A DNA stretch of 49,264 bases from Acidimicrobiia bacterium (lineage in GTDB: Bacteria > Actinomycetota > Acidimicrobiia > Spongiisociales > UBA11373). Position numbers and translations under genes: made by a program. Positions 10,278-16,574 of the stretch are shown here, one piece after another. The notes beneath the pieces are model-generated. The model did no database searches. It was not told where the DNA came from and saw only the letters and a list, made by a program, of their open reading frames with translations. Where the stretch lies: assembly GCA_040878325.1 (NCBI GenBank), contig JBBDMM010000002.1, positions 124,001-173,264 on the forward strand, written 5' to 3'. Numbering within the stretch: the first letter of the stretch is position 1; the number at the start of each line of letters is the position of its first letter.

Positions 10278-11606
10278 TCAGCCGAAGAGTCGTTCGATCG
10301 CGTGGATCGCCTCGGGAAGTGCAATGGCGATCAGCCGGTCCTCGGCCTCGATCACAGTGTCGCCATGAGGAATGAACGCCTTCTTGCCGCGAACGATGCC
10401 GCCCACGATGCCCGATCGGGGCAAACCGATCTGGGTCAGGGTCTTCCCGATCGACTTGCTGTCCGATGACACCTGCAACTCGATCGCCTCGGCGTCGGTG
10501 TCCTCGAACGTCGCCACGGAATGGATCGTGCCCCTGCGCACCAACCGCAGGATCTCATTGGCGGCGGCGAGGCGGGTCGACACGCCGGCATCGATGCCGT
10601 GCCCCGCGAGCAGTGGGACGTATTCGAGGCGGGAGAAGCGGGCCACCGCGGTCGGCACCCCCAGGGCCTTGCCAACGAGGCACCCCAGGATGTTGACCTC
10701 ATCCCACCCCGACAAGCCGAGCACCACGTCGGCGTTCCCCACGCCCTCGGCTTCCAGGACCTTCGGATCGGTCGGATCGCCCTTGATGACGACGAGTCGG
10801 TCGTACTTTGCAGCAAGGTCCGCGGCCCGGTCGGCCTCGACGTCGACGAGAACGGTGCTGATGCCGCTCCGCACGAAAAGTTCGGCGGTGAGGAGCGCCA
10901 AGCGGGTTGCCCCCAGCACGAACACCTTCTTGGCCCGATGCTCGGCGACCCCCATCAGCTTGAGCGCCTCATCCGCCGATGATCCGCTCGACACCACCAG
11001 TACATGATCACCCGCGTGCACCATCGAGTCGCCGCGGGCGATGATCGTCTCCTCGTCGCGGACGAGCGCCGCCACTATCCAATCCCACCCGCGGACTTGC
11101 TGGCGCAGCACCCTCAGGGTGATCCCGTCGAGCGGGGCCCCCGGCTGAACTCGCCCCCCAAAGAGACTGATGCGCCCGTCCGCGAACTCCACTACCTCCG
11201 ATACACCTCCCCGGCGAATCAGCAGCAGCAATTCGCGGGTGAGCGCTTCGATCGGGTCGATCACCACGTCGACACCGTGCATATCGAGATCTTCCCGAAG
11301 CGTCGGATCCTGCACTCGGGCGACCCGGCGCGGCACCCCGAGACGGGCGGCAGCCTGACAGGCGAGGATGTTGACCGCATCGGACGAAGTCACAGCAATC
11401 AGCAGCGAAGCTTCTCCGACATTGGCGGCTTCGAGCGCGTGGATGCTCGCCCCGTTCTCGTTGATGACGAGGCAATCGACCGAGTTCTGCAGTTCGTCTG
11501 CCCGAACCGGATCGGATTCGATGACGACTACATCCTGACCCTCGAATGCGAGGCGTTCGGCGAGATGAGAGCCGACCGCCCCCGCTCCGATTATGACGAT
11601 CCGCAT
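10278..11606 (-). CDS. trkA: Trk potassium uptake NAD-binding subunit
   Basis: MRIVIIGAGAVG Rossmann fold; two RCK_N/RCK_C pairs; adjacent to trkH. Confidence 0.93.
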   Translation of the reverse strand: MRIVIIGAGAVGSHLAERLAFEGQDVVVIESDPVRADELQNSVDCLVINENGASIHALEAANVGEASLLIAVTSSDAVNILACQAAARLGVPRRVARVQDPTLREDLDMHGVDVVIDPIEALTRELLLLIRRGGVSEVVEFADGRISLFGGRVQPGAPLDGITLRVLRQQVRGWDWIVAALVRDEETIIARGDSMVHAGDHVLVVSSGSSADEALKLMGVAEHRAKKVFVLGATRLALLTAELFVRSGISTVLVDVEADRAADLAAKYDRLVVIKGDPTDPKVLEAEGVGNADVVLGLSGWDEVNILGCLVGKALGVPTAVARFSRLEYVPLLAGHGIDAGVSTRLAAANEILRLVRRGTIHSVATFEDTDAEAIELQVSSDSKSIGKTLTQIGLPRSGIVGGIVRGKKAFIPHGDTVIEAEDRLIAIALPEAIHAIERLFG

Positions 11607-11743
11607 GCGCCCCTCGGGAGATGGATGGTGCCGCGGGAAGACTAGGAGCCTCGGCTCGCGACGCACGAGTCTCTCGGAGGGGCCCTTGACGCACTGCGGC
11701 GCCTGCCGAGACGATCCCCGGACCTCACTACTCTCCCTCTCTC

Positions 11744-13141
11744 GTGGCCAGAACTCCGCCGCCAGCCGAGCACATCACGTGGCTCGAATCCGAACGGGTC
11801 GTCCCCAAGCGATTCGTGCGGCCCCTGCTTGCCTTCACCCACATCGAGTCGGCCGGTGGCGCCGTGCTGCTGCTCTCCGCCGTGGTTGCCCTTGTCTGGG
11901 CCAACTCCCCCTTCGGTGGCTCGTACCAAACCTTCTGGACCACCGAATTCGACCTCACGATTGGTCCACTCCACCTGACCGAAACCCTGAGGCATGTCGT
12001 CAACGACGGGTTGATGACCATCTTCTTCTTCGTGGTGGGCCTTGAGATCAAGCGCGAGTTGGTCAGTGGCGACCTGCGAAGCCCCAAGGCGGCCGCGCTG
12101 CCGGTCGTGGCGGCTCTCGGCGGGATGATCGTGCCGGCAACGCTCTATGTCCTCATCGCCGGAGGTACGCCGGGTGCCTATCACGGATGGGGCATCCCGA
12201 TGGCTACCGACATCGCGTTCTCGGTGGGTGTCGTCGCCCTTCTTGGAAGCCGGGTGCCCCTGGGCGGCAAGCTCTTCCTTCTGGCTTTGGCGATCGTCGA
12301 CGACATCGGGGCGATCACCGTGATCGCCGTCTTCTACACCGAGCAAGTGGCACTCGGGTTCCTCGGAGGGACGCTTCTGCTGCTGGCGGCGATCTGGGGA
12401 GCGCAACGGGTGGGGATCCGGTCCCTGGCCTTCTACCTGCCGATGGGATTCCTCGCCTGGTTCTTTCTCTTCGAGAGCGGGGTCCATGCCACCCTGGCCG
12501 GGGTGGCGCTGGGCCTGCTGACACCGGCACGGTCGATGTACACCGACGATGAGTATCTCGGTCGGGCACGTCGCATAATCAGCCGGCACGAAGTCGAGAC
12601 AGCGGACCCGCGAGGTGTCGAACGGATCGACTTCAGCGCACTCGAGTTGTCCGACGTTGCACGAGAATCGGTCGCCCCGCTGAGCCGAATCGAGAACAAA
12701 CTCCATCCCTGGTCTTCGTTCGTCGTGGTGCCGCTCTTCGCGCTGGCCAATGCCGGGGTCCGCTTCGCCGGAGTAGACCTCGTCGACGCCGCCACCCACC
12801 CCGTCGCCCTCGGCGTGGCTACCGGGCTGGTGGTGGGCAAGATGGTCGGCATCAGCGTCTTCGCCTGGGCGGCGGTGCGCCTCGGCCTCGGCGAACTGCC
12901 GAAGTTCACCAGCTGGGCCCACATCGTTGGCCTCGCCGCCATCGCCGGAATCGGGTTCACCGTGTCGCTCTTCGTCTCCGACCTCGCCTTCCGGGCGCAC
13001 GAGCTAGAGGACTTCGCCAAGACGGGAATCTTCACTGGATCTGCGATCGCCGGGATCATTGGATACCTGATTCTGCGGGCGCGACCGAGACGGCGCGGCT
13101 CTGAGTCGAATGATTCGGACCCGGGTATCGTCGCGATCTAA
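11744..13141 (+). CDS. nhaA: Na+/H+ antiporter NhaA
   Basis: NDGLMTIFFFVVGLEIKRE, GWGIPMATDIAF, LAIVDD, GIGFTVSLF. Confidence 0.96.
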   Translation: MARTPPPAEHITWLESERVVPKRFVRPLLAFTHIESAGGAVLLLSAVVALVWANSPFGGSYQTFWTTEFDLTIGPLHLTETLRHVVNDGLMTIFFFVVGLEIKRELVSGDLRSPKAAALPVVAALGGMIVPATLYVLIAGGTPGAYHGWGIPMATDIAFSVGVVALLGSRVPLGGKLFLLALAIVDDIGAITVIAVFYTEQVALGFLGGTLLLLAAIWGAQRVGIRSLAFYLPMGFLAWFFLFESGVHATLAGVALGLLTPARSMYTDDEYLGRARRIISRHEVETADPRGVERIDFSALELSDVARESVAPLSRIENKLHPWSSFVVVPLFALANAGVRFAGVDLVDAATHPVALGVATGLVVGKMVGISVFAWAAVRLGLGELPKFTSWAHIVGLAAIAGIGFTVSLFVSDLAFRAHELEDFAKTGIFTGSAIAGIIGYLILRARPRRRGSESNDSDPGIVAI

Positions 13142-14367
13142 TGAGAGCAACTCGTCCGATCGGCGTGCTTCTCGTCCTCAGCCTGATCGGGTCCGCCTGC
13201 GGAGACGACGGCGGCGCGACGACCACGACGACCAGTCCACCCACCACCACCTCGGCACCGACGACGACGCTGCCTCCGACCACGACCACCGAGGCCGCCC
13301 CCATTTCGGCCGTCATCGACGTGGTGATGGAGGGAGACGACGAGGCTGCGGCGGCGCTCGAGGCCTTTTACTCCTGGGTAGGTGACCGGACACTTCCGCT
13401 TCCGGCCGTTCCCGCCGGGCTGCTCGATCTTCTCGCCGAAGTGCACCCCACCGCAGATATGACCGTGGAGGCCGTCTTCTACTCCGCCGAGGTCGACGAG
13501 GGACGAGTGGCGGTGGTGACCGCCGACGACGACATGGTGCTGTTGGCGGACGAAGGGTCTGGCTGGGAAATCGTCGGAGGTCATCTCGCCCGGTTCGGAG
13601 TCGGCCCCTGGTACGGCGGCAACGTGCGCCACGTGCTGATCCTTGGCACCGATAAGAACATCGGCAGCTTCCAGCCGGTGTACCGCGCCGACAGCATCCA
13701 CATCCTCTCGGCCAACGTCGAGCGCGGGGCGGGCAGCGTCGTCGGGTTTCCCCGCGACACCTATGTCCAGGCTTCCTACGGCAAGGACAAGTTCTCCAGC
13801 GTGAACGCCCGCTCGGACCGCAACTCCGAGGAGATGGTCGACATCGCCGAGGAACTCTCCGGGTTGGAGATCGACGGGTACATCGTCACCGGCTTCGGGG
13901 GATTCATGAGCCTGATGAACGCCTTCGGCGGGGTGGTGGTGGACGTTCCGTTCGGGATGGCCGAACCAAAATCCAACGCGTTCCTCTCACGCGGGGTGCA
14001 ACGCCTGTTTGGTGAGGACGCTCTCGGGTTCAGCCGCAACCGGCGCATCTCCGGTGGAGACTTCACTCGATCGCTCCATCAGGGAATGGTCATCCTCGGG
14101 GCCCTCGACGGAGTGCTCGAACAAGACGTCACCCAGATTCCCACCCTCCTAGCCATCCTCCAGGACTTCACCTGGACCAACCTCTCGCTCGGCGACCTGC
14201 TCAACCTCGCCACCATCGCCTTCACCATGAGCCCCACCGAGGTCAGCAATCAAGTGTTGCCAGGCACGGTCGGGACCGCGGCGGGCGGCGCTTCGGTCGT
14301 GTTCCTCGACGAAGAAACCGCGGCAGAGGTGTTCGAGGACCTACAAGACGGCGTGATTGACGAGTAG
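13141..14367 (+). CDS. LCP (LytR-CpsA-Psr) family lipoprotein
   Basis: Lipobox-like IGSAC, Thr-rich linker, LILGTD, RADSI, FPRDT, ALGFSRNR, GDFTRSLHQ. Confidence 0.85.
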   Translation: MRATRPIGVLLVLSLIGSACGDDGGATTTTTSPPTTTSAPTTTLPPTTTTEAAPISAVIDVVMEGDDEAAAALEAFYSWVGDRTLPLPAVPAGLLDLLAEVHPTADMTVEAVFYSAEVDEGRVAVVTADDDMVLLADEGSGWEIVGGHLARFGVGPWYGGNVRHVLILGTDKNIGSFQPVYRADSIHILSANVERGAGSVVGFPRDTYVQASYGKDKFSSVNARSDRNSEEMVDIAEELSGLEIDGYIVTGFGGFMSLMNAFGGVVVDVPFGMAEPKSNAFLSRGVQRLFGEDALGFSRNRRISGGDFTRSLHQGMVILGALDGVLEQDVTQIPTLLAILQDFTWTNLSLGDLLNLATIAFTMSPTEVSNQVLPGTVGTAAGGASVVFLDEETAAEVFEDLQDGVIDE

Positions 14368-14369
14368 GA

Positions 14370-14415
14370 GCCTCGCTTCGCTCGGCTTCGCAATTCGCAA
14401 TTCGCAATTCGCAAT
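14370..14415 (+). repeat. Head motif GCCTCGCTTCGCTCGGC + (TTCGCAA)x4; target site of the IS
   Basis: Read directly; the last 8 nt (14408-14415) are duplicated at 16460-16467. Confidence 0.92.
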
Positions 14416-14590
14416 GGCGATGTTCCACTTGACGCACCAAGACCCGGTTTTTGGTGTGGGTAACTACCGCGAGTTGTCAACCCGCGACTCTCCGCACTAG
14501 TCACCGTCCACCTTGCCTGTTACGATTCGGACTTGACATACCGACACGCGTGAAATTCCATCACATGTGATTTCGGGAAGAGAGGACTGG

Positions 14591-14723
14591 GAACCCCGGT
14601 GGCCGTATCGGACTGGTACTCCGATACGGCCCTTCGGCACCTGGTTCGGCAGGGCATGCCTTGGGAGGTGCTGACGCGCACATGGTAACAACCGTGTGAT
14701 TCGCGGTCAAGGCACCTCCTAGG
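14591..14723. other. Two long stem-loops in the IS 5' non-coding region
   Basis: Perfect 12-bp stem GGCCGTATCGGA/TCCGATACGGCC (14601-14631); extended hairpin GGAGGTGC..TGAC..CACATGG/CCGTGTG..GTCA..GCACCTCC (14659-14723). Confidence 0.6.
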
Positions 14724-14760
14724 GTCGGAATTTGACACACCCAGGAAGTACTTTGACGGT

Positions 14761-15693
14761 ATGGACAACAGCACACTCAACCTCGCAGAACTTGCCAAGC
14801 ACCTCACCGACGAACACGCCGCCTGGGAACTCATCGAGAGCATCCGCTGGCCCGAAGGACCGACCTGCCCCCACTGCGGATGGGAGGACGGGGCCTACTA
14901 CCTCGGGAACCGCAAGACCCGCAAGGGCGAGGTCTCCCCTCGTCGGCTCTGGAAGTGCTCGCACTGCCGGAAGCAGTACTCCGCCCTCATCGGCACGATC
15001 TTCGAGCGCAGCCACATCCCCCTGTCGAAGTGGTTGTTGGGTATCCACCTTATGTCCGCTGGCAAGAACGGCGTCTCAGCCCACGAGTTGTCCCGGCAGT
15101 TGGGCATCACCGTCAAGTCGGCCTGGTTCATGTCGCACCGCATCCGCGAGGCGATGAAGCTCGACCCGCTCGCAGGGATGCTCTCAGGCACCATCGAAGC
15201 CGACGAGACCTACATCGGAGGCAAACGCCGCGGAAGCGGCCGCGGACGACCCGGTACAGCGTCCCACAAGACCGCCGTGTCAACGCTCGTCAGCCGAGAC
15301 GGAGAAGCCCGCAGTCAGGTTATGGAGCGAGTCACCGGCGACGACCTCGGCAAAGTGCTGTCGTCCAACGTCACGCCCGACTCCACGCTCATGACCGACG
15401 AGTTCTCGGCCTACCGCAAGCCAGGGCAGATGTTCGCCGGACACGAGACCGTCAACCACGCCCACGGCGAATACGCCCGCGGACGGGTCACCACAAACAC
15501 GGTCGAGGGGTACTTCTCACAGTTGAAGCGGTCGATCGACGGGACACACCACCATGTCACCCGCCACCACCTCCCGCGGTACCTGGCGAACTTCGACTAC
15601 CTCTACTCGACCCGCAAGCTCACCGACGGTGAGCGCACCTGGCGCACCATCCGCCAGGCCGGAGGGAGGCGACTCAAGTACGACACCCTTTAG
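14761..15693 (+). CDS. IS1595-family DDE transposase
   Basis: N-terminal Zn ribbon CPHC...CSHC, GTIFERSHIPLSKW, HTH, EADETYIGG, LMTDEFSAY, TNTVEGYFSQLKR; intact 310 aa. Confidence 0.96.
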   Translation: MDNSTLNLAELAKHLTDEHAAWELIESIRWPEGPTCPHCGWEDGAYYLGNRKTRKGEVSPRRLWKCSHCRKQYSALIGTIFERSHIPLSKWLLGIHLMSAGKNGVSAHELSRQLGITVKSAWFMSHRIREAMKLDPLAGMLSGTIEADETYIGGKRRGSGRGRPGTASHKTAVSTLVSRDGEARSQVMERVTGDDLGKVLSSNVTPDSTLMTDEFSAYRKPGQMFAGHETVNHAHGEYARGRVTTNTVEGYFSQLKRSIDGTHHHVTRHHLPRYLANFDYLYSTRKLTDGERTWRTIRQAGGRRLKYDTL

Positions 15694-15698
15694 ATCAT

Positions 15699-15787
15699 GG
15701 AGGGCTGGCAGAGTGGTCTATCGCGCTCGTCTCCAAAACGAGTAGGGGCTCCCAAGCCCCACGGGAGTTCAAATCTCCCGCCCTCCA
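15699..15787 (+). tRNA. tRNA with CCA (Trp) anticodon and Ser-like long variable arm, inside the IS
   Basis: Acceptor GGAGGGC/GCCCTCC; D-loop AGTGGTCTA; anticodon stem CTCGT/ACGAG with loop CT-CCA-AA; variable arm GGGGC-TCCCAA-GCCCC; T-arm GGGAG-TTCAAAT-CTCCC; discriminator A; no encoded CCA; one D-stem mismatch. Confidence 0.85.
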
Positions 15788-15796
15788 CTGAAAGTG

Positions 15797-15820
15797 CGGG
15801 GGCCCCTCACGGGGCCCCCG
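15797..15820. terminator. GC-rich hairpin between the convergent IS transcription units
   Basis: CGGGGGCCCC-TCAC-GGGGCCCCCG, perfect 10-bp stem; followed by CACTTT on the minus strand. Confidence 0.7.
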
Positions 15821-15826
15821 ACACCC

Positions 15827-15976
15827 TCAAGACCGGCAGACGGCGTCCAAGGCCCGGCGTCACCGACGGGCACGGTGGAGACTTTCATCCCCGAAGGGAT
15901 GCCCATCGTCTACCACCTGCGTCTGCCTCACCCGCCCCCTTGCTGGACAGTGCCTGTACAGAGGGGGTGACCTTGA
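15827..15976 (-). ncRNA. Putative multi-stem structured RNA of unknown family
   Basis: Nested pairings: TCAAG/CTTGA, GGCAGACG/CGTCTGCC, GGTGGAGAC/GTCTACCACC, CATCCC-TTCG-GGGATG (cUUCGg on minus strand), GCCCCCT/AGGGGGT. Confidence 0.5.
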
Positions 15977-15979
15977 AAC

Positions 15980-16159
15980 CTACTTATCGTCCGACTCTGA
16001 TGTATCGGTGTCGTCGGACGGAACCTTGACGGACAGAAGGCCACGGAGGGCCTGGTCGAAGGTCATGGGATGGAGACTGGTGCGCTCGTCGTAGTCGCGC
16101 TTCGCCGACTCATCCTTGCTGGAGACACGCTGAACAGGCCCACGTCGCTCAGCCGCCAT
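15980..16159 (-). CDS. Small IS passenger protein (59 aa), unknown function
   Basis: MAAERRGPVQRVSSKDESAKRDYDERTSLHPMTFDQALRGLLSVKVPSDDTDTSESDDK; GGAG RBS 6 nt before the ATG; promoter upstream; below the ORF-track cutoff. Confidence 0.65.
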   Translation of the reverse strand: MAAERRGPVQRVSSKDESAKRDYDERTSLHPMTFDQALRGLLSVKVPSDDTDTSESDDK

Positions 16160-16224
16160 CTACCGCTCCCTTGGCTGGTCCGCTCACCACACCCGTAACC
16201 ACACGCGTGTGACCAGTTGTCCAC

Positions 16225-16253
16225 ATTGTCTACCCATTACCGCTACTTGTCAA
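16225..16253 (-). promoter_or_regulatory. Sigma70-type promoter for the convergent small ORF/RNA unit
   Basis: Minus strand TTGACA-17 nt-GACAAT. Confidence 0.7.
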
Positions 16254-16484
16254 TCACACAAAACACAAGCGCACAAACCCCTATTCCTCCACCCGTGTTA
16301 CCCAATCCTCCCAATTCTGTCGACATCCGCGACAAGTAGATAGATAGGAGGGTTGATGAAAAGAAGACGAATAGGCCGCCGGTCCATGAGTGGCCCTTAA
16401 GGGCTGGCCAGGCGGCACCCGCAATTGCGGGTCGGTGGTGCGTCAAGTAGAACATCACCTTCGCAATTCGACCGAGCATGTCCA

Positions 16485-16530
16485 GCGGGCAGCCGGAAGC
16501 GGGCAGCCGGAAGCGGGCAGCGGGCAGCGG
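16485..16530. repeat. Heptamer array GCGGGCA/GCCGGAA x6.5
   Basis: Read directly. Confidence 0.88.
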
Positions 16531-16574
16531 CGATCGGGGCGTGGACGTCCGACTCTCCCTCTACCGTCGCGAAC

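Larger units (their letters stand above)
14416..16459 (+). mobile_element. Complete IS1595-family insertion sequence with passenger tRNA, small ORF and structured RNA
   Basis: TIR-L GGCGATGTTCCACTTGACGCACCA (14416-14439) vs reverse complement of TIR-R GGTGATGTTCTACTTGACGCACCA (16436-16459), 22/24 identical. 8-bp TSD TTCGCAAT on both sides. IS1595 transposase inside. Confidence 0.95.

Noticed and set aside
13225..13295. ACC/ACG trinucleotide repeats
   Set aside because: They encode the Thr-rich linker of a lipoprotein, an ordinary coding low-complexity region.
15698..15787. Reading the tRNA as tRNA-Sec (possible 8th acceptor pair T15698:A15787)
   Set aside because: The D-arm is the canonical short-stem GG-loop type rather than the long Sec D-stem, the anticodon is CCA not TCA, and there are no sel genes in the window.
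15697..16029. 110-aa plus-strand ORF after the transposase
   Set aside because: It overlaps the tRNA cloverleaf, the terminator hairpin and the structured region, and has no protein-like features.
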